Position numbers and translations under genes: made by a program. This document shows positions 46,740 through 57,531 of a stretch of DNA of 64,000 nucleotides, one piece after another. The notes below the pieces were generated by a model. The model was not told the DNA's origin and did no database searches. It worked only from the letters and a program-made list of their open reading frames with translations. The stretch's first letter is position 1; each line of letters begins with the position of its first letter. Origin of the DNA: Minisyncoccota bacterium (GTDB taxonomy: Bacteria; Patescibacteriota; Minisyncoccia; Phycocordibacterales; UBA6065). The stretch spans positions 86,841-150,840 of the forward strand of contig JBAZUA010000003.1 of the NCBI GenBank assembly GCA_041661645.1, written 5' to 3'.

Positions 46740-47501
46740 ATGGCTTCCTGGTCCAACACTCGAAAATACGGATATCTGACGGCGCTTATCGCCTCCATCG
46801 TCATCTTTGTGGGCGTTCCGACCCTTCTTTTGCTCTACAGGGCGCCGACGTGTTTTGATGGCAAGCAGAACGGGGGGGAGAGTGGTATTGATTGCGGTGG
46901 TGCCTGCGCGAAGCTCTGCCTTGCGGATTTCGCCGCACCCCACATTCTCTGGAGCTATTCGACACGCGTCGCCCCGGGCGTTTTCAATGCCGTGGCATAT
47001 GTGCAGAACCCCAATCAGTCCGTCCAGGCCTCATCCATGCGGTATCTTTTCAGGCTCTATGACGATCAGGGCCTCCTCGTTGCCCAGCGCACCGGCAGCG
47101 CCTTTATACCGGCCGGACAGCGTCTCGCGGTTTTCGAGGGCGGCATACAGACGGGTTCCCGAAGTCCCGCAAAGACCACCTTTGAGTTCACGTCTGATCC
47201 CGAGTGGCGTGCCGGGCAGCCTTTTACCAGCCTGAGGGTCACTTTCGTCGATATTGCAACGTCGACATCGCCGTCGGCGGAGGTTCGGGTCGAGAACCAA
47301 GCTCTCGACAGGGGTTTTTCCGACATTACCGCCATCCTCGTTCTCTATGACAAGGATGACAATCGCGTCACATTCTCGAAGACGGTCATTTCCAAGATTC
47401 TTCCCGGCGGCTCTGAGATCCTGTATTTCACCTGGCCCGAGGCCTTTCCATCGGACATAGTGCGTTCTGAGGTTCTCTTCTCGGCGCCCGGGAGCCGATA
47501 G
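46740..47501 (+). CDS. Membrane-anchored hypothetical protein with a CxDGxQNxxExxIDCGGxC motif
   Basis: TM segment then CFDGKQNGGESGIDCGGAC; upstream of rodA. Confidence 0.75.
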   Translation: MASWSNTRKYGYLTALIASIVIFVGVPTLLLLYRAPTCFDGKQNGGESGIDCGGACAKLCLADFAAPHILWSYSTRVAPGVFNAVAYVQNPNQSVQASSMRYLFRLYDDQGLLVAQRTGSAFIPAGQRLAVFEGGIQTGSRSPAKTTFEFTSDPEWRAGQPFTSLRVTFVDIATSTSPSAEVRVENQALDRGFSDITAILVLYDKDDNRVTFSKTVISKILPGGSEILYFTWPEAFPSDIVRSEVLFSAPGSR

Positions 47502-47508
47502 TTTTTCC

Positions 47509-48654
47509 ATGACAGAAATCGCAAAGAACATATCCTCTCGCATAGGGAGGACTCATATCGACTGGATCATGCTGGGCGCCGCCATCCTCCTGGTCTGCTT
47601 TGGCCTGGTGACCATGAACTCGTTTGTCGAGAGCAATTACTTTTTCGAGAAACAGATTGTCTGGCTTCTCATATCGATCGGCGTCTTTTTCGGGGCAAGT
47701 TTCGTCGATTGGTCTTTCCTCAAGCGCAGCCAGGTGCTCGTGACGCTCTTCGCCGGCATGGTGGCACTCCTCCTTTTTCTATTCGTGGTGGCCAAGGCCA
47801 CCAACGGCGCTCAGAGCTGGCTCAATTTCGGCCTCTTTGCCTTTCAGCCGACCGACATGGCGAAGGTCATACTCATCCTCATATTGGCGAAGTATTTTTC
47901 GAGGCGTCACATAGAGATAGCCCACATACGCCATATCATCGTCTCGGGAGTCTATGCCTTCATACTTTTCATCCTCATCGCCCTGCAGCCTGACTTTGGA
48001 AGCGCCATCATGCTTGCCTGTGTGTGGCTCGGAATGGTGCTGGTTTCGGGAATATCGAAGAAGCACCTTTTCATACTGTTCTCGTGCGGCGCGATAGCCT
48101 TCGCCCTGCTCTGGGGCTTCGGCTTCAAGCAATATCAGAAGGATCGTATTCTTAATTTTCTGCACCCTCTCTCGGACATACGTAACACCGGATATAACGC
48201 CTATCAGGCGACCATTGCCGTGGGTTCGGGCGAACTTCTGGGGAAGGGCATCGGTTATGGCACTCAGTCGAAGCTCAAGTTCCTTCCCGAATATCAGACC
48301 GACTTCATCTTCGCCGCCTTTGCCGAGGAGTGGGGCTTCGTGGGCGTGCTCATATTCTTCATGGTCTTCGGCGTCCTCATTTGGCGTATCATCGCCAACG
48401 CCCGCAGGGGTGCGGGCAACTTTGAGATACTCTTTGGCCTGGGTGTGGCGATACTCTTCATGAGCCATTTCTTCATCAACGTGGGCATGAACATCGGGTT
48501 GCTTCCCGTGACGGGAATAACGTTGCCGTTCATGAGCTATGGCGGGTCTCATCTCATAGCGTCATTCTTCTCCCTGGGCGTCCTCGTATCCATGCGTCGC
48601 TATATGAGGAGCGTGCACAAGGAGGAGACGAAGTATGAGTTCGTGGGAATCTAG
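47509..48654 (+). CDS. rodA: Rod shape-determining protein RodA (SEDS family)
   Basis: GAQSW, FQP, QPDFGS, LPEYQTDFIF..FAEEWG, PVTGITLPFMSYGGS. Confidence 0.93.
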   Translation: MTEIAKNISSRIGRTHIDWIMLGAAILLVCFGLVTMNSFVESNYFFEKQIVWLLISIGVFFGASFVDWSFLKRSQVLVTLFAGMVALLLFLFVVAKATNGAQSWLNFGLFAFQPTDMAKVILILILAKYFSRRHIEIAHIRHIIVSGVYAFILFILIALQPDFGSAIMLACVWLGMVLVSGISKKHLFILFSCGAIAFALLWGFGFKQYQKDRILNFLHPLSDIRNTGYNAYQATIAVGSGELLGKGIGYGTQSKLKFLPEYQTDFIFAAFAEEWGFVGVLIFFMVFGVLIWRIIANARRGAGNFEILFGLGVAILFMSHFFINVGMNIGLLPVTGITLPFMSYGGSHLIASFFSLGVLVSMRRYMRSVHKEETKYEFVGI

Positions 48655-48661
48655 CGCGGTC

Positions 48662-49780
48662 TTATTTCTCGTATACCGCTGAGGTCTTTTCTACCATGCG
48701 GGCAAGGGAGAATTCCGTGCGGACCCTCTTTTCGAGACTATCGCCAAACCCATCGGCGGCCTTTCTGTTCTGGTGAATGAAGGCGAGCGAGCTAGCGATT
48801 TCCTTTTGGCTCTTTGAGTGGATGAGCACGCCTGATTCCATGTCTTTGATTATCTCGGGTATGCCGCCGACGCTTGTCGCTATGACCGGCGTGTGGGAGT
48901 ATCCCGCCTCGAGCAGCACGTATCCGAAGGCCTCGGAGAGGGAGGGGAGGAGGAACACGTCGAATGCCGGTATGAGGGTCCATGCGTCGGGAATGAATCC
49001 TGTCAGGCGGGCGCTTGCCTTGAGGGTGACGTCATCGGCGACTATTTTCTCAAGAGACTCTTTTAGGTCGCCTGTGCCTATGAGGGTATATGAGTAGGGA
49101 AAAGGGAGGGTTTTGAGGGCTCCTAGGGCGTATTCAAGGCCTTTTACAGGGTGTAATTCGGCTATGGTGCCTATGGCGAAGGCATCCTTTGGTATCAAAA
49201 GCCTTGTTCGGGCCTCGTCTCTTGAGAGGGGGTTGAAGGGGTCTATTCCGAGGTGTATGACCTCAATCTTCTCCTTCATGAAGGGGAGGTGGGCCATCTG
49301 GTCCTTGACCCCTTGGGATACCGCTATCGCCCGCGTGCAGAGGAATACCGTGAGCCAGTGAAGGGTGCCGATCGCGAGCTTGGAGAATGGCCCGCGATTC
49401 TCGTTGAATGCCCAGGCATGTGCGGTGAAGACAGTCTTGGTGCGTGGGGATACGAGGGCCGCGATCGCTCCCATGATGCCGACTTTTGAGCTGTTAAGGT
49501 GGAGCACGTCCGGCCTCTCCTTTCGTATGAGCAGGGCGAGGGAGAGCAGGGAATGAAGGTCCTTGAGCGGACTCACATTCCTTCCAAGGGTGGTAAGGGG
49601 AATGGTACGGACGCCCGCTTCCTTGAGCTTTTCCACGAGCGTGCCGTTGCCGCCGCAGGCAACGGCCACGTCATATCTGCCAACGAGCGATCGGGAGAGG
49701 TCGAGAACGTAGCGCTGGGCGCCGCCGAAGTTGGATTTCGTGATGACGATCAGGAGTTTCTTCTGGGGCGTCTCTGCCAT
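48662..49780 (-). CDS. GT4 family glycosyltransferase
   Basis: GGAQRY, HLNSSK, PSLSEAFGYVLLEA, VGGIPEII. Confidence 0.93.
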   Translation of the reverse strand: MAETPQKKLLIVITKSNFGGAQRYVLDLSRSLVGRYDVAVACGGNGTLVEKLKEAGVRTIPLTTLGRNVSPLKDLHSLLSLALLIRKERPDVLHLNSSKVGIMGAIAALVSPRTKTVFTAHAWAFNENRGPFSKLAIGTLHWLTVFLCTRAIAVSQGVKDQMAHLPFMKEKIEVIHLGIDPFNPLSRDEARTRLLIPKDAFAIGTIAELHPVKGLEYALGALKTLPFPYSYTLIGTGDLKESLEKIVADDVTLKASARLTGFIPDAWTLIPAFDVFLLPSLSEAFGYVLLEAGYSHTPVIATSVGGIPEIIKDMESGVLIHSKSQKEIASSLAFIHQNRKAADGFGDSLEKRVRTEFSLARMVEKTSAVYEK

Positions 49781-49830
49781 AATGCCTTTGATTATAGCGC
49801 ATAATATTGTATTATTGCACTTGCCCGAAT

Positions 49831-51171
49831 ATGTCCATACTCAGCCGAAAAACCCCCTATATTCTGCTCGTGGGCGATATCGTCTTCTTCGTCCTGTCTC
49901 TCTGGACGGCTCTCTTCGTCCGCTACGGCTCTATCCCCGAGAAGCAGGTGTTCCTGGGACACCTCGCCCCATTCTCCATATTGTTCGTCGTCTGGGTGGT
50001 TGTCTACTTCATCGCCGGCCTCTATGAGCAGAAGACGTCCGTCCTCAGGAACAATCTTTCCCAGAGGCTCCTTTCCACACAGATCATAAACTCAGCCCTT
50101 GCCGCGGTTTTCTTTTATTTCGTCACCTTCACGAGCATCGCGCCGAAGACCAATCTCCTGGTCTATCTCGGGGTATCCCTGCTCTTTGCCTTTGCCTGGA
50201 GGCGATTCGCCTATCCGATCATGAGCATGAGGAGGAGGGAGCAGGCCATCCTCATCGGACGCGGTGCCGAGGTGACGGAGCTCGAGAGGGAGGTCAATGG
50301 CAACTCGCGCTATCATTTTGAATTTGTCCTGACCATCGACCTCGACAAGGACGCCTCTGGCGTCGCGCGCGGGCTTCTGTCCTCGAAGATAGCCGAGGGC
50401 GGCATATCGGCGGTCGTCGTCGATTTCTATGATTCAAAGGCACAGGCCATGCTTCCCGAGCTGTACGAGCTTCTCTTTGCCAAGGTCCGATTCGTCGACA
50501 TGCATCGCGTGTACGAGGAGGTGTTCAGCAGGGTGGCCCTCTCCCTCCTCAATCACAGCTGGTTTCTCGAGAATGTCTCCGCCTATCCAAAGTATGCCTA
50601 TGATGCCCTCAAGCGGGCCATGGATTTCGCCATCGCCCTCGGCCTTGGGACCGTGTCCCTCGTCATATACCCATTCGTTTTCCTTGCCATAAAGCTCGAT
50701 GACGGAGGCGCGATATTCATCATGCAGGAGCGTGTGGGACGGGATGGCGCCATCATCCGCATACCGAAGTTCAGGAGCATGAAGGCAAGTGACAGGGGCG
50801 TCTGGGTCAAGGAGAACGACGACCGCATAACCCGCGTGGGCAAGATCCTTCGCACCTCGCGAATCGACGAGCTTCCCCAGCTTCTCTCGGTTCTGAAAGG
50901 GGATATGTCCCTCGTCGGACCGCGACCCGACATCAAGGCTCTCGGCATCGATCTCTCTTCCCAGATTCCTTACTATGCCATGCGCAACATCATAAAGCCG
51001 GGCCTGTCGGGATGGGCTCAGACCAGGCAGGAGCTTCCGCCGCAGTCGCTCGAGGAGACCAAGATGCGCCTGGCCTATGACTTTTATTACATTAAATACC
51101 GATCCCTCTTCCTCGACCTCAAGATTGCCCTTCAGACCCTTGCAACCTTGGCATCGAGAATGGGAAAATAG
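49831..51171 (+). CDS. Polyprenyl glycosylphosphotransferase (priming sugar transferase)
   Basis: KFRSM, RITRVG..LR..RIDELPQL, GDMSLVGPRP, KPGLSGWAQ. Confidence 0.93.
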   Translation: MSILSRKTPYILLVGDIVFFVLSLWTALFVRYGSIPEKQVFLGHLAPFSILFVVWVVVYFIAGLYEQKTSVLRNNLSQRLLSTQIINSALAAVFFYFVTFTSIAPKTNLLVYLGVSLLFAFAWRRFAYPIMSMRRREQAILIGRGAEVTELEREVNGNSRYHFEFVLTIDLDKDASGVARGLLSSKIAEGGISAVVVDFYDSKAQAMLPELYELLFAKVRFVDMHRVYEEVFSRVALSLLNHSWFLENVSAYPKYAYDALKRAMDFAIALGLGTVSLVIYPFVFLAIKLDDGGAIFIMQERVGRDGAIIRIPKFRSMKASDRGVWVKENDDRITRVGKILRTSRIDELPQLLSVLKGDMSLVGPRPDIKALGIDLSSQIPYYAMRNIIKPGLSGWAQTRQELPPQSLEETKMRLAYDFYYIKYRSLFLDLKIALQTLATLASRMGK

Positions 51172-51177
51172 AAACCT

Positions 51178-52230
51178 ATGCATAAACTATTCATCACCGG
51201 AGGGTCGGGATATGTCGGCGCCATGCTCGTTCGCGAGTTCGCGGCACGGCCTGACGTCGAGGCCATTTTCACCATCGACAAGGAGGAGCCTTCCGAGCTC
51301 TACGCCGGGGACAAGAAGGTGACTTTCATAAAGACCAATATGGCGGACACGGAGAATTGGCTCGATAAGGCAAGGGCTTTTGCGCCCGACGTCGTCGTTC
51401 ACACGGCATGGCAGATCAGGGAGATGTACGGCGAGAAGGCCAAGCAGTGGAGGTGGAACATCGACGGCTCTGACTCCGTGTTTGATTTCGCCTTCTCCAC
51501 GCCGTCCGTAAAGAAACTCATTCATTTCTCCACCGTCGCGTCGTACGGCGCCTTCGCCGACAACGAGATCGACCATCTCTTCACCGAGAAGGATCCGTTT
51601 CGAAAGGTTGACTATCTCTATGCGGAGGAGAAGAGGATAACGGAAGAGCATCTGGAAGAGCGATATGTCACCGCAAAGTCAAAGGGTGTCGTCCCCCAGG
51701 TCTTTGTCGTCCGTCCCGCCGCCGTCACTGGCCCTCGCGGCAGATACATGCGCATCAGGTTCGGTCTTCAGGCGGCGCTTTCAGGCCAGCTCAAGGAGAC
51801 CTTTATTCACAGACTCATCTCGGCCATGGTTTCGTTCGTGCCGATCACCAAGAAATGGTGCAGGCAGTTTATACACGAGGACGATGTCGTCAGTATCGTG
51901 AAGCTTCTCTCGTTCGAGAATCTAAAGGGCGAGTATGAGGTGTTTAACATCTGTCCACCGGGTCCCGTCGTCACGGGCGAGGACATGGCCAGGGCCGTGA
52001 ACAAGAAGGCCGTCCGCATTCACCCATACCTCATTCGACCCGTCTTCTTCATAATGTGGCATATTTCGAGGGGCAAGGTTCCAACGTCCAAGGGTGGCTG
52101 GAAGTCCTATTCCTACCCAATCGCCGTCGACGGATCCAAGCTCACCAAGATGTACGGATTCGCCTACACGTTCCAGCCAAAGGACGCCTTCGTCAAAAAG
52201 GAGGGCACGTACATGGAATTCGTCAAATAG
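51178..52230 (+). CDS. NAD-dependent epimerase/dehydratase (extended SDR)
   Basis: ITGGSGYVG, STVASYG, YAEEK (YxxxK). Confidence 0.88.
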   Translation: MHKLFITGGSGYVGAMLVREFAARPDVEAIFTIDKEEPSELYAGDKKVTFIKTNMADTENWLDKARAFAPDVVVHTAWQIREMYGEKAKQWRWNIDGSDSVFDFAFSTPSVKKLIHFSTVASYGAFADNEIDHLFTEKDPFRKVDYLYAEEKRITEEHLEERYVTAKSKGVVPQVFVVRPAAVTGPRGRYMRIRFGLQAALSGQLKETFIHRLISAMVSFVPITKKWCRQFIHEDDVVSIVKLLSFENLKGEYEVFNICPPGPVVTGEDMARAVNKKAVRIHPYLIRPVFFIMWHISRGKVPTSKGGWKSYSYPIAVDGSKLTKMYGFAYTFQPKDAFVKKEGTYMEFVK

Positions 52231-52308
52231 GGCCGAGTTTCGTTGATTTATAGACAAAAGAGGGGTAGGATACCCCTATTCATTACATCAGAACGAATAT
52301 TAACGAAC

Positions 52309-53628
52309 ATGTGGAAAAAACGAATCTCAGCTCTCGTCCTTATAGCAGTAGCCGTTGCCGTAGCATTCTTTACCTATGATCCAGCGGGGACGACCTCAAA
52401 GTTTCCCTACAAGCTCGGACTCGACCTTTCGGGTGGTTCGCATCTCGTGTTTCAGGCAGACGTTTCCGCCCTCGATTCAGCCGAAGTGAGTGGCGCCATG
52501 ATCTCCCTGGCTGACGTAGTCGAGCGACGCATCAACCTTTTTGGCGTGTCCGAGCCTATCGTTCAGGTTCAGGAAGGGGGCGTTGTCGGAGAGGCCGCAC
52601 ATCGACTCATCGTTGAACTTCCCGGCGTTACTGACGTGAAGCAGGCGGTCGATCTCATCGGCAAGACGCCGACCCTCGACTTCAGGCTCGTCCGATCGGG
52701 CGTCGAGAAGCTGACTCCTGCGCAGCGCGCAAGCTCGACTCTCGACGAGCTTTTCGTGTCGACCGGTCTCACCGGACGCTATCTCAAGAAGGCTCATCTC
52801 CAGTTCGACCAGACCACCTATGCGCCTACCGTAGGCATCGAATTCGACGATCAGGGAACCAAGCTTTTCGCCCAGATCACCAAGGCAAATGTCGGAAGCG
52901 TGCTCGCCATCTTCCTTGATGGCAACCCTATCTCGACCCCTGTTATCAACCAGGAGATTTCGGGCGGACAGGCAACCATTAGCGGAAACTTCAAGCTCGA
53001 GGAGGCAAAGACCCTCGTTCGCGACCTTAACTACGGCGCGCTTCCTGTTCCTATAAATCTCGTCTCGACCCAGACCGTCGGAGCGTCTCTCGGAGACGGC
53101 GCCGTTGCCGCGAGCCTTCGAGCGGGAGCGATGGCCTTCCTCGCGGTCGCCATATTCCTCATGCTCTGGTATCGAATCCCTGGCCTCGTCGCCGTTCTCG
53201 CCCTTGCCATCTATACGGCGCTCAACCTTGCGCTCTTCAAGCTCATTCCCGTGACCCTCACCTCTGCAGGCATTGCAGGATTCATCCTGTCCCTCGGCAT
53301 GGCCGTCGATGCAAACGTGCTCATCTTTGAGCGCATGAAGGAGGAGCTTAGGCGTGGCAGGAATCTCCCTGATGCCATCAAGGAGGGCTTCCATCGCGCA
53401 TGGCTCTCTATCCGAGACTCAAACCTCTCCTCGATTATCACCGCCGTCATTCTCTATTACTTCGCATCGACCCCAGTCATCAAAGGCTTCGCCCTTGTCT
53501 TCGGACTCGGCGTCGTGGTCAGCATGTTCTCGGCCATAACGGCATCGCGAACCCTCCTCCTCGCCGTTGGTGCGAAAGGGGATGGCAGGCTCGCCCGCTT
53601 CTTGTTCGGATCAGGAATAAAGTCATAA
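52309..53628 (+). CDS. secD: Protein translocase subunit SecD
   Basis: LGLDLSGG, RINLFGVSEP, GMAVDANVLIFERMKEE. Confidence 0.97.
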   Translation: MWKKRISALVLIAVAVAVAFFTYDPAGTTSKFPYKLGLDLSGGSHLVFQADVSALDSAEVSGAMISLADVVERRINLFGVSEPIVQVQEGGVVGEAAHRLIVELPGVTDVKQAVDLIGKTPTLDFRLVRSGVEKLTPAQRASSTLDELFVSTGLTGRYLKKAHLQFDQTTYAPTVGIEFDDQGTKLFAQITKANVGSVLAIFLDGNPISTPVINQEISGGQATISGNFKLEEAKTLVRDLNYGALPVPINLVSTQTVGASLGDGAVAASLRAGAMAFLAVAIFLMLWYRIPGLVAVLALAIYTALNLALFKLIPVTLTSAGIAGFILSLGMAVDANVLIFERMKEELRRGRNLPDAIKEGFHRAWLSIRDSNLSSIITAVILYYFASTPVIKGFALVFGLGVVVSMFSAITASRTLLLAVGAKGDGRLARFLFGSGIKS

Positions 53629-53637
53629 TCAACTACC

Positions 53638-54546
53638 ATGTTCATAGTAAAATACCGAAAGTTTTTCTACGCATTCTCGATCGCCCTCGTCCTGGTTGGC
53701 ATTGCGGCGCTCTCGATCTGGGGCCTCAAGCCCGGCATTGACTTCAAGGGAGGCTCTCTCATAGAGGTCTCCTATATGGATGTGCGTCCTGATGCCGACG
53801 CCCTTCGTGCCGCCGTCGACAAGCTTTCCCTCGGTGCCTCGTCTATTCGACCTACTGGCGACAAGGGTTACCTCGTTCGTACCGAGGAGCTCAATCCCGA
53901 GTCCCATGCGGCCGTCCTTGCCGCCCTTTCGCAGAATGGAACCCTCAAGCTCGAGGAGAAGCGCTTCAACTCGATTGGCCCTGTTCTCGGAAAGGAGGCG
54001 ATTCAGAAGTCATACATGTCCATTGTCTTCGTCCTTCTCGCGATAGTCCTCTTCATCACCTTCGTCTTCAGGAAGGTTTCCCGACCAGTTTCCTCGTGGA
54101 AATACGGTCTCATCGCCATCGTCGCCCTGGCACATGATGTCATCATCCCTGCGGGCGCCTTCGCAATCATGGGACATTTCGGGGGCATCGAGGTCGACAC
54201 GCTCTTCGTGACGGCCCTTCTCGTCATCCTCGGATTCTCCATTCATGACACCATCGTGGTCTTTGACAGAATCCGCGAGAACCTCCATCGAAACACCGAG
54301 CATCACGAGAAGAAGGAGTTCTCGACTATAGTGGGGGAGAGCATCAACCAGACCTTCGTCCGATCGATCAATACCTCGCTCACCACACTCATCGCCGTTG
54401 CCGTCCTTTATGTCGTTGGCCCCGACGCCACCAAGCATTTCGCCCTGGCGCTCCTCATCGGCATCACCGCCGGAACCTACTCGTCGGTATTCATCGGCTC
54501 TCCTCTCCTTGTCACCGTGCAGGCCCTGCAGGGCAAGAGGAAGTAG
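53638..54546 (+). CDS. secF: Protein translocase subunit SecF
   Basis: GIDFKGG, ALAHD, GFSIHDTIVVFDRIRE, RSINTS. Confidence 0.97.
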   Translation: MFIVKYRKFFYAFSIALVLVGIAALSIWGLKPGIDFKGGSLIEVSYMDVRPDADALRAAVDKLSLGASSIRPTGDKGYLVRTEELNPESHAAVLAALSQNGTLKLEEKRFNSIGPVLGKEAIQKSYMSIVFVLLAIVLFITFVFRKVSRPVSSWKYGLIAIVALAHDVIIPAGAFAIMGHFGGIEVDTLFVTALLVILGFSIHDTIVVFDRIRENLHRNTEHHEKKEFSTIVGESINQTFVRSINTSLTTLIAVAVLYVVGPDATKHFALALLIGITAGTYSSVFIGSPLLVTVQALQGKRK

Positions 54547-54590
54547 GCCTGTGATAAACTAGACGGACCGCCGCCATACGGCACACCATT

Positions 54591-56156
54591 ATGCTCACCC
54601 CACGAATAGACAACCTCCTCTCTCGCGACCTCCGGGCGCCCGAGCGCCTGAAGGCGGCGAATTCCGAGCCGACAATATCAGTTCACCGCATCACCAACAA
54701 GGCCGCTGTGCTCTATGAGAAGCTCCGCTACCTCGTGGACTACAAGGACGAGAACACCATTCGCCGCAGCGCCATCGAACGCATACTCCGCCGCGCCATC
54801 GTCATCGAGAATCGCGCCGACGTGGGAACCTTGCTTCTACGGGAGCTCGTGAGCGCGGGATACCTGCCAAACGAGACCGTGCCCGAGAGGGAGGCGGCGG
54901 TGCTGTCGACCTTCGTCGACGCCTATCGATCCGCCTTTCCGACCCTGAGCCAGAAGATAACCATGACCGAGACCGAGAAGGTCCTGCTCTCGCTTATGGC
55001 GAGCGAGGTAGAGGCATATCTCTATCCATCGCTCGTGAATGACGCGGTTGCGGACGCATTCTTCCAGACCATTAAGGAGCGCGTCCGCTGTGTCGGCGCG
55101 ATATCCGCTGACGAACTCGACATGCAGCTTTACATAGCGTCGAGGCGCGCCCTTCTGCGCGAGGACGACGAGGCCGTGGCGTACGCCTTGTGGTGCAGGA
55201 CTCTGGGCACTGTGCCGGGATCGCTCGATACGTCAAAGGCCGTCGAAATGAGTCAGGACGTGCCGGGCACCATCGCGCGCATCAGGCTGTCCCTTCGCCA
55301 TCGCATAGGCCCGATGATCATGGGCAAGATAAAGAACGATGCCATCTGCTTTACCGTCATAGCCGAGCTCATACGCCTCTCGCCGGCGAATCCAAAGGCA
55401 TTCTTCGATGATCAGAAGGTCCTTCATGATCAGGCTGAGGCGTTTCTCTCGTCCAAATACAAGATCGAGAACAGCCGTGTCATGCAGAGCAGCCTTCGTG
55501 CCGTCGCCTACATATTCTGCACCAAGATACTGGTTGCCTTGGCACTCGAGGTTCCCTATGATCTCTATATCTCGGGCGTATTTGACTATGTTCCTCTCGC
55601 CATAAACATCATCTTCCACCCGTTTCTCCTGTTCCTCATCACCCGAAACATAAAGCTCCTCGGTCCAGAGAACACCAAGAGCGTCGTCAGTCGCATCGAT
55701 GCCATCGTGTACGGTGGGGAAGCAAAATCGATACCGCTCAAGTACAAGGCATCCGCAGGCGGCCTCAATCTCTTCTTCGGCCTCCTCTACGGTATGATGT
55801 TCCTCGTCTCGTTCGGCGTCATCGTCTGGGCCTTGGCATCCCTTGGTTTTAATCCGGTCGGCATACTTCTGTTCCTGCTCTTCCTTGCCCTCGTCAGCTA
55901 CTTTGGCCTGCGCATCAGGTACAATGCCCAAAGGTGGAGGTTCGCCGTCGCCGAGGATCGCGTGCTGTTCCTCATCTGGAGCTTCCTGACCCTGCCTGTC
56001 ATCCGCGCGGGACGATGGCTCACCGAGAAATTTTCGACCGTCAACATCTTCGTCTTCGTCCTCGACGTCATCATCGAGGCGCCGTTCAAGCTGGCCCTCA
56101 AGCTCTCCGACCTCTTCATCCTGTTCCTGAAGGACAAGAAGGAGGAGACGTATTAG
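54591..56156 (+). CDS. Conserved hypothetical integral membrane protein
   Basis: 521 aa with typical codon usage; YEKLR..VDYKDE..IRRSAIERIL N-terminal domain plus about 5 C-terminal TMs. Confidence 0.8.
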   Translation: MLTPRIDNLLSRDLRAPERLKAANSEPTISVHRITNKAAVLYEKLRYLVDYKDENTIRRSAIERILRRAIVIENRADVGTLLLRELVSAGYLPNETVPEREAAVLSTFVDAYRSAFPTLSQKITMTETEKVLLSLMASEVEAYLYPSLVNDAVADAFFQTIKERVRCVGAISADELDMQLYIASRRALLREDDEAVAYALWCRTLGTVPGSLDTSKAVEMSQDVPGTIARIRLSLRHRIGPMIMGKIKNDAICFTVIAELIRLSPANPKAFFDDQKVLHDQAEAFLSSKYKIENSRVMQSSLRAVAYIFCTKILVALALEVPYDLYISGVFDYVPLAINIIFHPFLLFLITRNIKLLGPENTKSVVSRIDAIVYGGEAKSIPLKYKASAGGLNLFFGLLYGMMFLVSFGVIVWALASLGFNPVGILLFLLFLALVSYFGLRIRYNAQRWRFAVAEDRVLFLIWSFLTLPVIRAGRWLTEKFSTVNIFVFVLDVIIEAPFKLALKLSDLFILFLKDKKEETY

Positions 56157-56173
56157 GATATAGTGGTTCACAT

Positions 56174-56256
56174 GTCGAAGTGGTGGAATGGCAGACACGC
56201 TGCGTTCAGGTCGCAGTGAGCTCACGCTCGTGGGGGTTCAAGTCCCCCCTTCGACA
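56174..56256 (+). tRNA. tRNA-Leu (CAG)
   Basis: Acceptor GTCGAAG/CTTCGAC, anticodon arm CTGCG-TTCAGGT-CGCAG, long variable arm, TTCAAG T-loop; CCA not encoded. Confidence 0.93.
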
Positions 56257-56264
56257 CAATAGGT

Positions 56265-57077
56265 TTACTCTCTAATTATCTTCGAAAACTCGGGGTCATT
56301 CGCATATTTCATCGCCCTGTCATTTATCTGGAACCTTTTCCTCGCCTCGGCGAATGTCAGGTCGGTATTGATAAGTCCCAGGTCATAGGCAAAATGGTCG
56401 GATTGGCCGGGCACCAGAATGGTGATATTGAAGGGGATCTCGTGCGGTATGACCTTGTTCACATGGGTCATGATATTCGTGGTGCAGGTATTGGTGAGGG
56501 TGTTATAGAACTCGGGCTTGGTGGTCAGGGCATTCGCTCGATTGAGCATGTCCACGAATATGTCTCGCGTTGCCTGCGTCGTCGCGCGTATGGGATATAG
56601 AAACACTTTGTCGTTTCGATAGTTGGTGCGGAGTTTTATTACATCTTTCTCGTCCGCCACCACGTACATTATTTCGTATTGTCTGAAGAGGCCCTTGAGA
56701 GGGGAGAACGACTCGCCCTTTTCCTTGCGTATCTCGACCGATATCGAGACATAGTGGTCACCCTTGAATCCGAATGAGAGGAAAGTGTGCGCCAAATTGC
56801 CGCCCTTTGAAAACGGCTCGACCACATACCACAGGGACTCGATGTCGTTCAGATTAAAGGTCTTGTCGTAATAGGCGGGGGTGTATGAGGTCGTGGAGGC
56901 GTAACTGAAATTGCGGATATTGCGCACGGTAACCAGGTCGCCGTTGAATTCCGCGCTCGGCAATATGGCCTGATCGACCGACCAATCTCGGTCATTGTCT
57001 GGTCTGAAGGTGGTCACGAATAGCCCATAGAGGGCGAAAGGGAGGATACAAAGGCCTAAAATAAGCTTCTTTTTCAT
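56265..57077 (-). CDS. DUF4105 (Lnb N-terminal-like) membrane-anchored protein
   Basis: NIRNF.Y, AHTFLSFGF, SVEIRKEKGE, FYNTLTNTCTTN. Confidence 0.85.
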   Translation of the reverse strand: MKKKLILGLCILPFALYGLFVTTFRPDNDRDWSVDQAILPSAEFNGDLVTVRNIRNFSYASTTSYTPAYYDKTFNLNDIESLWYVVEPFSKGGNLAHTFLSFGFKGDHYVSISVEIRKEKGESFSPLKGLFRQYEIMYVVADEKDVIKLRTNYRNDKVFLYPIRATTQATRDIFVDMLNRANALTTKPEFYNTLTNTCTTNIMTHVNKVIPHEIPFNITILVPGQSDHFAYDLGLINTDLTFAEARKRFQINDRAMKYANDPEFSKIIRE

Positions 57078-57190
57078 ATGTGTATGAGTACAAGAATAGC
57101 ACCTTTTTTGCCCTATGCCCATAAATACGGCCTGTTTACTGGCTTAAATTGGTGTCGCTGATACTTTATTTAAACTTCACACGAAAGTCC

Positions 57191-57218
57191 TTGACCCCTT
57201 TAAAGCCCTGTGTATAAT
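57191..57218 (+). promoter_or_regulatory. Promoter of the stand-alone 16S locus
   Basis: TTGACC-16-TATAAT; boxA-like GGTCTTTGAAA at 57256. Confidence 0.7.
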
Positions 57219-57531
57219 GGTTGTTACCCCTCAAGTAGAGGGGGAAAAAGTTTTCGGTCTTTGAAATAATTATTGTTATTAAATATTTGAGAACGTGCAG
57301 TAGAAAACTGGTTATAAAGTTTCTACGCATTGTGCAAGTTAATTCAATTGAGAAGTTGGTTGTCGCAATTCGATGCAGATTCAGCATTCGATGCGACGTT
57401 AAACATATATAGGATTGTGGAGACCCCGGTAGCACGGGGAATCCCAGAACAAAGTAGTGAGCACTCATACTGTGATCTATTTTGTTCCGTTCGTCTTTCA
57501 GTGCACTCTTTCGGGAGTTTGCTGAAAGATT